IMG/VR virus record: IMGVR_UViG_3300005764_000001
Span: 1-58,949 of that record
DNA length: 58,949 nt
Strand: one strand, 5' to 3'
DNA from: a virus
Taxonomy: Duplodnaviria > Caudoviricetes
Part shown: piece by piece, positions 47,082 through 56,077 of the stretch
Numbering within the stretch: the stretch's first letter is position 1
Layout of the letters: each line of letters starts with the position of its first letter
The notes under the pieces: generated by a model
Databases searched by the model: none
The model's input: the letters and a program-made list of their open reading frames with translations, nothing else
Told to the model about the DNA's origin: nothing
Program-made: the position numbers and the translations under genes

Positions 47082-47928
47082 CGGCGGCCACCGCCCGCAC
47101 GTCCTCGGCGGGCCAGTTGATCGGGGCGACGCCGGGCTTTCCGGCCGCGTGCGGGTGCACGACCGGCACGGTCAGATAGACCCGCCGGCCGTAGGCGGCG
47201 TCGTCGTCGTAGCGGGGCCCGTCGACGGCGATCATCTGCACCCAGCCGCCGACGGCGGTCTTGACTTCGACGAGGTCGCCGCGGCGTACGTCGGGGCGCT
47301 GTCCGTAGAACGGCTCGTGGTGCGCTTGGGGGTCCGGCACGGTTGCTCCTCTATCCGATGTGGTCGGTGGCGGCGTGGTCGTGGAAGATCGCCACGACGG
47401 TGATGCCGGCGAACCCGGCGGCGACGGTGTAAAAGGCGGTCGTGACGCCCTGGTCGCGGTAGCGGGCGATGGTGTCCTCGGCCAGCCGGGCGGTGGCCTT
47501 CTCGTCGATGACGCCGTTGACAAGGGCCGCGCCGATGCACAGGTGCACCCGGTCGCCGGCATGCAGAATCGCGCTCATGCCGGGTCGTCCATCATCACGG
47601 TCTCCTCGTCGGCCCAGGCGTGCAGCACCAGGTCGATGCGCCGGCGGGTCCAGCACGGCCACGGGCCCCGGCATTCGCTACAGCCGCCGCCGTCCTCGCT
47701 GTGGGCCAGGCGTACCGATTCCAGGAAGGCGGTCAGCCGCTCGGCCTTGTCCATCGCACCGGCGGCGATGGTCAGCGCCTGGCGGGCCCGGTCCGACGTC
47801 GCCCGCGCGGACGCTTCGGCGGCTTCCAGCAGGTTGCGCAGCATGGCGACCAGGTCGTCGCGGTCGCTTTCGGGGTCGGGCAGGCAGTCGCACGGCTCGC
47901 CGGGCCCGTGGTACAGGTAGTGCGGCAT
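47074..47928 (-). CDS. Three small hypothetical genes (47575-47928, about 47351-47578, about 47074-47340)
   Basis: Coupled starts; H....C.EC..PWPC.T motif in the first. Confidence 0.5.
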
Positions 47929-47932
47929 GGGG

Positions 47933-48382
47933 TCAGTCCTCTCCGGCGGGTGAGCGCATCTGCCGGGCCCGGTCCAGGGCCCGCTGGTGGTATTCGGGCA
48001 GCGGGTTCTGCGCCGGTTCGCGCTGGGCGGCCCAGCGGGCGGCGGCGCGGGCGATCAGGGCCCGCACCCGCTCGCGCGGGTCGGGGTGGTTGTGGGCGCG
48101 GCGGTGGTGCACTTCGGCGCGGGCGGCGATTTCGGCGCGGCGGGCCTCGCGGTCGCGGGCCTCGGCACGGGCGCGGGCGATGACGCGCACCCCGGCGACG
48201 ATGTGCGCCGGGGTCACCCGGGCCGGGTCGGAGCGCACATGCGCACGCAGCGCCCGGTCGGCGTCGCCGTAGGCCACGTCGGACAGGAACACCTGCCAGG
48301 CAAGGACCGTGGCGTCGGTGACGACCCGCCCGTCGATCGCGGAAATGGCGCCGAGCAGCCGCGCGGTCTCCTCCCGGTTCAT
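47933..48382 (-). CDS. Putative helicase loader/inhibitor-like protein
   Basis: E.ARLL..I.A.D.R......AW...L.......A..A...H...PAHI; coupled to the initiator gene. Confidence 0.7.
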   Translation of the reverse strand: MNREETARLLGAISAIDGRVVTDATVLAWQVFLSDVAYGDADRALRAHVRSDPARVTPAHIVAGVRVIARARAEARDREARRAEIAARAEVHHRRAHNHPDPRERVRALIARAAARWAAQREPAQNPLPEYHQRALDRARQMRSPAGED

Positions 48383-49374
48383 CGGACACCTCCGATGCCG
48401 CGGTCGGCGTCGTCGGCGGCGCGCATGCGGTCGACGAGTTCCAAAAGGTCTTCCTGGCGGCGCTGTGCGGGGTTGCGCCGCGGCGGCAGCGGCTCGTCGG
48501 ACCAGCACTCGCCGTTGAGCCACGTGCCGGGCAGCTTGGTGAAGGCCGGCTCGCGGTTGGGGTCGTCGCGGTAGCGGACCGCCGCGGCGCACAGCGTGTC
48601 CAGCGGCGCCTTGGTGACGGCTTTGGCGAACGCGCGGCGGGCTTCGGCCTTGGACGCCTTGCGCGGATACAGCGCGTACCACTGCTCGAACCCGGCTACA
48701 TCGGGCGGGCGGCGGCGCGCCGGGGCCGCTGGTCCGCCATCGGCGGACGAGAGTTCTTCCGGGGTTGCTCTTACTCTTCCTCTTACTCTTAGGGCGTTAC
48801 TAACGCGTGTGTCACGCGTGACATCGCGGACGGCCAGGTCGGTGCCGGTGCTGGCGACATCGCACCCATCATCGGCGAAGACCCGGCCGGCATCGCACCC
48901 ATCATCGGCGGTGCCGCTGTGCGCATCGCACCCATCATCGGACCGACCGAACGATGATGGGTGCGATGCCGACGGTGGCGGGCTGTCACGCGTGACAGGC
49001 GCGTTAGTCACGCGGGTGTCACGCGTTGCGGCCCGGTGGCGGCGCTGGCGGGCGGTGTTGGCCTCGCGCAGCTCGTCGCGCCGCGCGGTGGACAGCTGGT
49101 TGTCCAGGTAGTCGTGGACCAGCCAGCCGCCGTCGGCGTTCTCCCACAGCCGGGTCCGCACCAGCTCGTCGGCCAGGTCGCGGTAGGACACCGTGACCCC
49201 GCCGGCGGGCACCAGGTCGGTCAGCAGCTCCAGCTCCCCGGCGGCGACGAAACCGTCGGTGCAGTACTCGAACGCCCAGCCGATGCTCGCGATGTAGAGG
49301 CGGAACGCGGAATCGGAAAGCTTGCGCATCTTGCGGTGCAGGCAGATGTCGGGGGCGATTTTCACGAAGAGCAC
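48379..49374 (-). CDS. Replication initiator protein
   Basis: H.K...LS..A..L...TDG...LW....GW.VHDYL N-domain; FEQWY..YPRK..K..A and TWLN..CW.DE C-domain; internal iterons. Confidence 0.85.
   Translation of the reverse strand: MLFVKIAPDICLHRKMRKLSDSAFRLYIASIGWAFEYCTDGFVAAGELELLTDLVPAGGVTVSYRDLADELVRTRLWENADGGWLVHDYLDNQLSTARRDELREANTARQRRHRAATRDTRVTNAPVTRDSPPPSASHPSSFGRSDDGCDAHSGTADDGCDAGRVFADDGCDVASTGTDLAVRDVTRDTRVSNALRVRGRVRATPEELSSADGGPAAPARRRPPDVAGFEQWYALYPRKASKAEARRAFAKAVTKAPLDTLCAAAVRYRDDPNREPAFTKLPGTWLNGECWSDEPLPPRRNPAQRRQEDLLELVDRMRAADDADRGIGGVR
48810..48997. repeat. Iteron cluster (putative origin)
   Basis: CATCGCACCCATCATCGG at 48858, 48891 and 48924, inverted copy at 48952-48968, flanked by TGTCACGCGTGACA palindromes. 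Confidence 0.85.
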
Positions 49375-49412
49375 GTCGGGCCTCCCGGGGGTTAGGAGCA
49401 GGGCAGACAGGG

Positions 49413-49953
49413 TCAGCCGCCCAGGCACGTGCAGCGGGCGCCGACGATCGGGATCACGTCGGCGCCGGCCTCGTCCAGCCGCCCGGCGGGCATGATGTCG
49501 ACCAGCTCGGCGTCGTCGTAGCCGAGCACCGGCCGCCCGTACATGCGCATGACCTTGTTCGCCGCCGAGATCAGCGCGGCGGTCGCCAGCTCGTGGGGCC
49601 CGGCCGGGAACAGCGTCATGTTCCCGGCCGTCTCCGTGATCTCCACATTGGAATTGCCGTCGTCGACGGTGATGGTGACGGTGATCATTCTTAGTCGTCC
49701 TGCTTCCAGGCGGTGGTGTGCTGGTTGCAAAGGCGCAGCGTCCCGGCGGCGCTGGCGCGGCGAAACCGCGCCCTTCGCGGCAGCGGGCCGACGCCCTTGT
49801 GCTCGTGCAGCCACAGCACGCATTCGTCGCACTGCGGCGGGTCCTTGACGGTGATCCGGGTGTAGGTGGCTGTTCCGCGGTGGTGCTGGGTGCCGGTCGG
49901 GCGGCCCAGCGGCGGCGGGTGTACCGGGTCAAACATCGCCAGCTGTCCCCTCA
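49413..49953 (-). CDS. Two small hypothetical genes (about 49691-49953, 49413-49688)
   Basis: Packed ORFs; CDEC...LC..H motif in the first. Confidence 0.5.
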
Positions 49954-50128
49954 TCGGCGATCTCCTCGAACTGTGCGCAGGCGCAGCGGCCGTCGGCGGC
50001 CGTCCACGTGATGCAGCTGCCTCGGTGGCGCATCGCGGCGCGTCCGACCATGTCGTGAACCGCCTCGAAATGCCCGCACCGGCACCGGCGCGCACCTGGC
50101 CGGAGGTCGTGCGGTGCCGGTGCGGTGC

Positions 50129-50290
50129 TCACTTGGGCACGGATGCCGTGCGGACGATGCCGCGCCCGCCGAAGGCGGAATTGTTGTAGGCCATGGCTTC
50201 GGCGAGCGTGGCGAAGTCCATGGTGGAGCTGTCGGTCGGTGAGGAAAGCCGGAAGACCGTCTTCTTGTTTTGCCCGCATCCGCATCCGAT
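50129..50290 (-). CDS. Small (M)GCGCG protein with apparent ATC start
   Basis: GGAGG RBS then ATC GGA TGC GGA TGC GGG; 53-aa open frame directly after the protease. Confidence 0.6.
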   Translation of the reverse strand: MGCGCGQNKKTVFRLSSPTDSSTMDFATLAEAMAYNNSAFGGRGIVRTASVPK

Positions 50291-50328
50291 GGCTACTGCC
50301 CTCCCCGGGTGTGTGGTGGGTGGTGGCG

Positions 50329-52206
50329 CTAGACGCCGCCGTGCACGAGTGCGTCCAGCTCGGCGACCTGGCTGGCCCGGTCGCGGCCGATCGACGCGGC
50401 GATGACGTCGACGGCGGCGGCCCGCAGGGCGGCCAGCTCTCCGGGAATGGTAGATCCCGGTGAGTCACCGGGATCCCCCATAATGGAGTTTCCGGCAGCG
50501 GGTCCCCCGAACGTGGTGGGGTAGGCGGCGGTGAACGCGGCCACGATCGCCACCTCCCGCCCGCCGGCCACATGGGCCTGCACGACGTAGCCGGGGTGCG
50601 CGACCGGGGTCAGCGCGATCAGCTCCAGCCCGGAGCCGGGCCGCGCCTCGCGCCAGTCCCCCGACGGCGGATAGGCCAGGAACCCGTAGATCTGCTCGTC
50701 GGTCGCGGTCGGGGTCAGCACGCCGTGGAACCACCCGCCGTGCTCGTCCTCGCCGACGTCGACCAGCGCGACCGCCGAGCCGACCTGGTCGTAGTGGGCG
50801 GTCGCCTGCTCTTTGCTGGCGGCCAGGTCGGCGTGCCCGCCGCCGTAGGAGTACACCCCGACGCGGCGGCTGGCCCCATCGGCGGTGACCACCGTCGACG
50901 TGCGGAATTCGCAGTAGTCGCACTTCGAGCGCGGCGGGGTCAGGCACAGCCCGGCGGCGACGAAGCTGCGGTGGCACGACTCCCAGTCGGCGAAGTGGCC
51001 GAACACCTCGCCGGAGGCGAGCACAGTCGGCGGGGTCGGGCCGGAAAGGTGCGGGTCGCCGAAGAACGACGCCGAGGGCTGCAACGGGCGGTCGAACTGG
51101 CTGTAGGGCACCGCAGCGGCGGTGCGGGCCCGCTGCGCCTTGCCCTGCAACGTCTCCAGCTTCGACGCGATGGCCTTGCGGTCGGCGTCCGACAGGCCCT
51201 TGACGCCGCCGCGCGCCCCGGCGAGGGCGCCCGCGACAGCGGTCAGCGCCGCCGGGACGGCGGTCAGCGTGCCGTTGATGACGTCGGCGAACGGCAGCTT
51301 GTAGGCCGCCAGGGTGGCCGGGTCGGCGGAGTCGTCGCGGTACAGGAACGCCTGGGCGAGCTTGCCCGGGTCCACGGCGCCGGAGCTGTCGGTGGCCCAG
51401 GCGAGGACCCGCGACGCCGCGCCGGGCCCGTCCCAGGCCCGCGAAGCCGGGGCCAGCGGCAGCGACATGTTGCCGACGGCGGCGGCGGTCATCCCGGCCG
51501 GGGCCGTGTCGGCGCCCTCGGCGGGCGGCGCGGCGTCGTCGGGGGCCTGCACGGAGCGCAGCCGGCCGTCCAGCTCCATGACGGCGCTCTTGAGGGCCTC
51601 GACGTCGGCGTTGGACAGCCCGGCCAGGCCGCCGCCGTCCAGGTCGTCCAGGGCCTGCGCGACCGCTTCGGGGACGATCTGAAGCTCGCCGTTGACGACG
51701 TCGGCGATCGGGTAGTCGTACGAGGCGATGTCGGCCGGGTCGGCGGAGTCGTCGCGGTACAGGAACGCCGCGCCGATCTTCGCCGGGTCGCCGCCGGCCC
51801 AGGCGGCGATGTGCTCGCGGGCCGCCCCGGCGTCGAACGGGCGGTCGGCGGGCTCGGCGATCGGCAGCGCGGTGTCGGCCGGGACCGACGCGGTCAGCGC
51901 GGGCAGGATCAGCCCGGCGACCCGGGCCGCGGTGATCTGCGCCGGGCCGGCCTCGGTGACGACGATCGACGTGGTGGCGTAGTTCAGCGCCAGCCCGTCG
52001 GTCGGGTCGTCGGTGAACATCTGCCCGGCCGCCCGCAACACGCCATCCACATAGGACAGGGAGAGGGCGCGGCCGACGACCCGCCCGTCGCGGGTGTGCA
52101 CCGGCATCGGGGTCATCAGCGCGGTGACGGACGCCGCGGCGGTCAGCACGTTGCCGAGCCGGTCGGCGACCCCGGCGCGGGCGATGTCGGCGGTGAACTC
52201 ACGCAT
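50329..52206 (-). CDS. Capsid maturation protease-like protein
   Basis: Follows portal; G.VFGH.A.W..CH, HYD, VGED..G.W..G, SGDWR, LEL.A...V..PG motifs; duplicated AFLYRDDSADP domain. Confidence 0.8.
   Translation of the reverse strand: MREFTADIARAGVADRLGNVLTAAASVTALMTPMPVHTRDGRVVGRALSLSYVDGVLRAAGQMFTDDPTDGLALNYATTSIVVTEAGPAQITAARVAGLILPALTASVPADTALPIAEPADRPFDAGAAREHIAAWAGGDPAKIGAAFLYRDDSADPADIASYDYPIADVVNGELQIVPEAVAQALDDLDGGGLAGLSNADVEALKSAVMELDGRLRSVQAPDDAAPPAEGADTAPAGMTAAAVGNMSLPLAPASRAWDGPGAASRVLAWATDSSGAVDPGKLAQAFLYRDDSADPATLAAYKLPFADVINGTLTAVPAALTAVAGALAGARGGVKGLSDADRKAIASKLETLQGKAQRARTAAAVPYSQFDRPLQPSASFFGDPHLSGPTPPTVLASGEVFGHFADWESCHRSFVAAGLCLTPPRSKCDYCEFRTSTVVTADGASRRVGVYSYGGGHADLAASKEQATAHYDQVGSAVALVDVGEDEHGGWFHGVLTPTATDEQIYGFLAYPPSGDWREARPGSGLELIALTPVAHPGYVVQAHVAGGREVAIVAAFTAAYPTTFGGPAAGNSIMGDPGDSPGSTIPGELAALRAAAVDVIAASIGRDRASQVAELDALVHGGV
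50444..50484. promoter_or_regulatory. 41-bp inverted-repeat site B inside the protease 3' end
   Basis: GGAATGGTAGATCCCG-GTGAGTCAC-CGGGATCCCCCATAAT. Confidence 0.7.
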
Positions 52207-54040
52207 GGGTCGGCACCTTTCCGGATGCGAACTCGGGCCGGTCCAGCACCGCCGCCAGCGCCGCCCGGGAATGGACGGCACCCGCGCACAGCAGGCCGGC
52301 GGCGTAGGTGTGCAGAACCTCGTGCAAAAGGTCGGCGTCCACGGCCAGCCCGTCGGCGACCTGGCCGACGGACTCGAACGTGCCGTCGAGCAGCCGGGCC
52401 GCCGACGTCGGCGTGCAGGCGTACCCGGCGGCGGTGTGGTACGCGTACGGCGGCAGCGGGTCCAGCTTGTAGCGGGCCCGCCCGACCAGCCGCTTGCCGG
52501 CCGTTTCCAGGGCCTGCAACGTCAGCGCCTCGGCGGCGGCCAGAAGGCTTCCGGCGGCCGGCAGCGCCGGGGCGGCGCGGGTGTCGGTCGGCGGCAGCGC
52601 CCGGTCGCGGGCCGGGGCCGAGCGGTCGATGCCGCGGGCCTGGCTGGACTGGCCCTGCGCGGGGGCGATCGACACCCCGCCGGGGCTGTCGGGGGCCAGG
52701 TCGAACGCTGCCAGGAGCTGGTTGATGATGGCCGGGGCGGCGGTCGGGACCTTGCCGGCGACCTCCAGCAGCGCGTTCTGGATCTTCTCGGCCGGGGTCG
52801 GGGCGTCGTCTTCGGTGAACCCGTTCGCACGGCGCAGCGCCGTACCGGACAGCTCGTTGCGGTCGAAGACCGCCTGGGCGTCGCTGGCGCGGTCGGGGCG
52901 CTGGATCAGCGCCGAAATGTCGTACCAGACGACGAACTTGCGGAAGTCTTCGACCGCCTGGGTCTGCAACGCGGGCCAGAGGTACTGCTCGGTGAACGCG
53001 GCGCAGACCAGCTCCAGCAGCGGAATGATCTGGGTGGTGACCAGGGACTCCTGCATCTGCCAGGACGACAGGTGGTTGGACGCCCCGACGCCGGTCAGCT
53101 GTTCGGGGCTGATGTCCAGGCCCATCGCCAGGCGTTTGATGGCCCGGTCGCGCAGGTCCAGGATCGTCTCGGAGACCGGCGTGGACAGGGCCAAAAGGCG
53201 CGGCTTGTCGAGCATCTCGGCGGGCGCGCGTACGACGATCGGCACGATCGCGGCGACGCTGTCGCGGTCGGCGATCGCGGTCATCATCGCCTCGGTCAGC
53301 GCGGTCATGAACTTGTCCGCGCCGGAGTCGTCGCCGGGCCCGTCGGCGTCCTCGCCGGACGCGATGGAGAACGACATCTCTTTGGGCAGCAGCAGGATGC
53401 CGGCGGTGGCCAGCCGCGAGTCGATCTGGGCGGTGACGGTCTGGTCGCAGCGCACGATCTCGCGCATCGGCACCCGTACGGCGCGGCTGGGGCTGGTCGC
53501 CTCCGAGCGCCGGCGCGGGTGCGGGTCCCACACCTTGATGACCAGCGACGTCTGCGGGTCCAGGGTGAACGCGTCGCCGTTGCCGTGGTCGACGGTCACG
53601 GTGCCGTTCATGACGGTGACCTCGTCGACGCTGGCCACGTCCCAGATCTCGCCGCCGTCGACGAGCTGGGCGTAGATGTAGCACTCGCCGGGGATCAGCA
53701 GCTGGAGGACGGCGTCGTGGATCAGCGGGGTCTGCATGACCGGGCCGCCCAGGAATGTCGCGGAGCGGGCCACGGTGGCGTTGTCGAGCACCGGGCGGCC
53801 GGAGTCGTCGATCTCGGTCACGAACAGAAACGCGCGTGAGGCTTGCGCGGCCAGCCAGTCGGTGACGAACCGGTACTCCGGCACGCAGTCGTAGAACTCC
53901 CAACTTTCGGCCTGCCAGGTGGTCGAGCCGCTGGTGCGCAGCCGCTGCCAGGTCGCGGCGGACACGGTCGCGGCGGCGGCGTGCAGGGTGGCCGTCGGCC
54001 CGGCGCCGGGCGGCTTGGTCTTGGTCCACATGCGCGCCAC
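52199..54040 (-). CDS. Portal protein
   Basis: AGGAG RBS; WQ.E.W..YD.VPE.RF, VW.PHP, SRLA.AGIL.LP.E, R..AI.RLA.GLD..PE.L.G motifs. Confidence 0.85.
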   Translation of the reverse strand: MARMWTKTKPPGAGPTATLHAAAATVSAATWQRLRTSGSTTWQAESWEFYDCVPEYRFVTDWLAAQASRAFLFVTEIDDSGRPVLDNATVARSATFLGGPVMQTPLIHDAVLQLLIPGECYIYAQLVDGGEIWDVASVDEVTVMNGTVTVDHGNGDAFTLDPQTSLVIKVWDPHPRRRSEATSPSRAVRVPMREIVRCDQTVTAQIDSRLATAGILLLPKEMSFSIASGEDADGPGDDSGADKFMTALTEAMMTAIADRDSVAAIVPIVVRAPAEMLDKPRLLALSTPVSETILDLRDRAIKRLAMGLDISPEQLTGVGASNHLSSWQMQESLVTTQIIPLLELVCAAFTEQYLWPALQTQAVEDFRKFVVWYDISALIQRPDRASDAQAVFDRNELSGTALRRANGFTEDDAPTPAEKIQNALLEVAGKVPTAAPAIINQLLAAFDLAPDSPGGVSIAPAQGQSSQARGIDRSAPARDRALPPTDTRAAPALPAAGSLLAAAEALTLQALETAGKRLVGRARYKLDPLPPYAYHTAAGYACTPTSAARLLDGTFESVGQVADGLAVDADLLHEVLHTYAAGLLCAGAVHSRAALAAVLDRPEFASGKVPTHA

Positions 54041-54048
54041 GGCGGCTC

Positions 54049-54372
54049 CTACCCTTGCGGTTCGTCCGAAGCGGGCTCCAGGCCGGTGGTGGCGGCCACA
54101 CCGGTCACATAGGACGCCGCCAGGGCCAGCGCGGCGGCGTCGAACCACAGCCGGCCGTGCCAGGCGTACCAGGCGCCGGCTGCGCCGGCGCCGATCCACA
54201 ACGACAGGCACCAGGCGCACACGGCCAGGTAGCGGGGCAGCGACTCGTCGTGCGATGTGTTGCGCCACACCAGTTGCCGCAGGGGTCGGGTGATCCGGTC
54301 GGCGCGCAGCAGGATAGTCAGCCGGGCGACCGCGAGGGCGACAAGCAGAATTTCGAGCCAGACCGGCATCAC
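54049..54372 (-). CDS. DUF1360-like membrane protein
   Basis: LAVARLT.L...D.IT.PLR...C.WC.S.W; leaderless -10 TATGCT. Confidence 0.75.
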   Translation of the reverse strand: MMPVWLEILLVALAVARLTILLRADRITRPLRQLVWRNTSHDESLPRYLAVCAWCLSLWIGAGAAGAWYAWHGRLWFDAAALALAASYVTGVAATTGLEPASDEPQG

Positions 54373-54411
54373 AATGGGAGCATACGGTGACTCACCGGGA
54401 TTGGGCATAAA
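54371..54411. promoter_or_regulatory. 41-bp inverted-repeat site C overlapping the portal-operon promoter
   Basis: ACAATGGGAGCATACG-GTGACTCAC-CGGGATTGGGCATAAA. Confidence 0.7.
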
Positions 54412-54412
54412 C

Positions 54413-54445
54413 GTGTGGCCCGGTAGCGGGCGCACCGGGCCACAC
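54413..54445 (-). terminator. 12-bp perfect hairpin ending the capsid operon
   Basis: GTGTGGCCCGGT-9 nt-ACCGGGCCACAC. Confidence 0.75.
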
Positions 54446-54459
54446 CTGTCGCCGCCGGG

Positions 54460-55161
54460 TCAGGACACGACTACCGGCCCGGAAAGCGGCGAGCATTCGG
54501 CGGTGTCCATCCGGCAGGCGCGCGGGGTGAACGAGCCAGCGACCGTAAAGGTATGCACCGCCGTGTCGGCGCCGGGCCCGTAGGTCAGCGCGGTGACCGC
54601 CGTCCCGTCGCCCCAGTCGATCTCGAACGGCACGCCGGCCAGCACCGCCGCCCCGGCCGGGGCGATGCGCACGGTCACCGCCAGCGGCGCCGCCCCGGCG
54701 ACCGGGGTTGTCGCGGCGAGGGTGAACGTCGGCACCGTCACGGTGACCGCCCCGGCGCACGCCGATCCGGAGAACGTGGTGCCGTGCGCGGAAACGGCGT
54801 AGCTGCCCGACAGGCCGTAGGTGTGCGACACCGGCGCGTTGAGCAGCACACCGTCCACACTGGAACCGTCGCCCCAGTCGATGGTGTAGCCCGACGTCAG
54901 GCCGGTGGTCACCGTCGCGGTCGCCGACGCCGCGTTCGGGGTGTTGGTCACCGTCAGCGCGCACGGCGGAACCGGGCAGGTGACCGTCTGGGAGGCGGTG
55001 CCGCCGGCGACCGTGTCGGTGATGGTGATCGTGTGCGCGCCGGGGTCGGCGTAGGTGTGGGTGGCCGTGCCGGTCGCCGAGCCGGACCCGGCCGCGCTGC
55101 CGTCGCCCCAGTCGATGCTGACCGGGTTCGCGGCGCTCCATGTGATCGATGCGGTGGGCAC
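54460..55161 (-). CDS. Triple PKD-domain virion (decoration-like) protein
   Basis: IDWGDG motif three times, each with HTY/HTF. Confidence 0.8.
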   Translation of the reverse strand: MPTASITWSAANPVSIDWGDGSAAGSGSATGTATHTYADPGAHTITITDTVAGGTASQTVTCPVPPCALTVTNTPNAASATATVTTGLTSGYTIDWGDGSSVDGVLLNAPVSHTYGLSGSYAVSAHGTTFSGSACAGAVTVTVPTFTLAATTPVAGAAPLAVTVRIAPAGAAVLAGVPFEIDWGDGTAVTALTYGPGADTAVHTFTVAGSFTPRACRMDTAECSPLSGPVVVS

Positions 55162-55170
55162 GGGCCTCTC

Positions 55171-56043
55171 CTAGGTGCAGTCGGCGGCGGTCAGCGCCGG
55201 GCCCTCGGCCGGCAGGGTGTGGCCGCAGGTGCAGCAGTCGGTGAGGGTGACCCGGGCGGCGTACACGCCGGGGCAGTCGAGAAGGGTGGCGACCGACTGC
55301 TCGTAGACGTGGAACGATTCGTTGCCGGTGACGTCGTTCGCCCCGGCCTCGCTGACCGGTCCGATGTAGACGTCGACGGCACCGGTGGCGTAGAGCCAGA
55401 ACACGCATTCGGTCGACGTCTGCCCGTTCGGGCCGTCGGCGGAGTAGCCGGCCCCGAACGCCCACGCGTTGCCCAGCACGGTGACCGGCGCGGTCATGTC
55501 GCCGCAGCCGCAGACGAGGCGGTCGCGGGCCGCGAACGCCGCCGCGTAGCGGGGGGCGTGGATGACCGCCTGCCCGTCGTAGACGTCGCCCAGCGCCTGC
55601 TCCAGCGCCGCCACCGCGCCGGCGATCCCGGTCGCGCCGCTGCCGTAGGGCGGCGACACGTCGACGGCGGCGGCCTGCATGTGGGCGAACAGCTGCGACT
55701 CGATGCACCGCCACCGGCCGCCGGCGAGCTTGGCGCGGGCCCGCTCGGCGGCGGTGGCGGGGTCCAGGACATCCGTGCACGCCGCCGCGTACACGGTGAA
55801 CGGGTCCCCGGTCAGGATCTGCGGACAGCACGAGGACGGGTGCTTGCCGCCGGGCGGCGCCACGCCGCCCGAACACGGCGCGGGCCAGGTGCAGCTGGCC
55901 GTCGCGCACGCGTCGGTCTCGGCGGTCAGCCCGGCCAGGCCCAGGCGCCGCGAGGCGCCCTCGTGCACGGCGGCGGCCTGCGCCAGCCCGCCGCGCAGCG
56001 TCCGGCGTACCGGCGCGGTGACCTCGATACGCGGCTGTGCCAC
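55171..56043 (-). CDS. Major capsid pentamer-like protein
   Basis: AGGAGG RBS; PF.VY, A.LE......Y.G...IH.PR, GAGY and W.YATG.V motifs; follows MCP. Confidence 0.7.
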   Translation of the reverse strand: MAQPRIEVTAPVRRTLRGGLAQAAAVHEGASRRLGLAGLTAETDACATASCTWPAPCSGGVAPPGGKHPSSCCPQILTGDPFTVYAAACTDVLDPATAAERARAKLAGGRWRCIESQLFAHMQAAAVDVSPPYGSGATGIAGAVAALEQALGDVYDGQAVIHAPRYAAAFAARDRLVCGCGDMTAPVTVLGNAWAFGAGYSADGPNGQTSTECVFWLYATGAVDVYIGPVSEAGANDVTGNESFHVYEQSVATLLDCPGVYAARVTLTDCCTCGHTLPAEGPALTAADCT

Positions 56044-56077
56044 GTCAACCTCCTACCGGCTCGCCGCTACCCGCTAC

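Noticed and set aside
48858-48968. Regularly spaced 18-bp repeats as a CRISPR array
   Set aside because: Spacers are only 15 nt, one copy is inverted, they are in-frame within the initiator gene and there are no cas genes; iterons fit better
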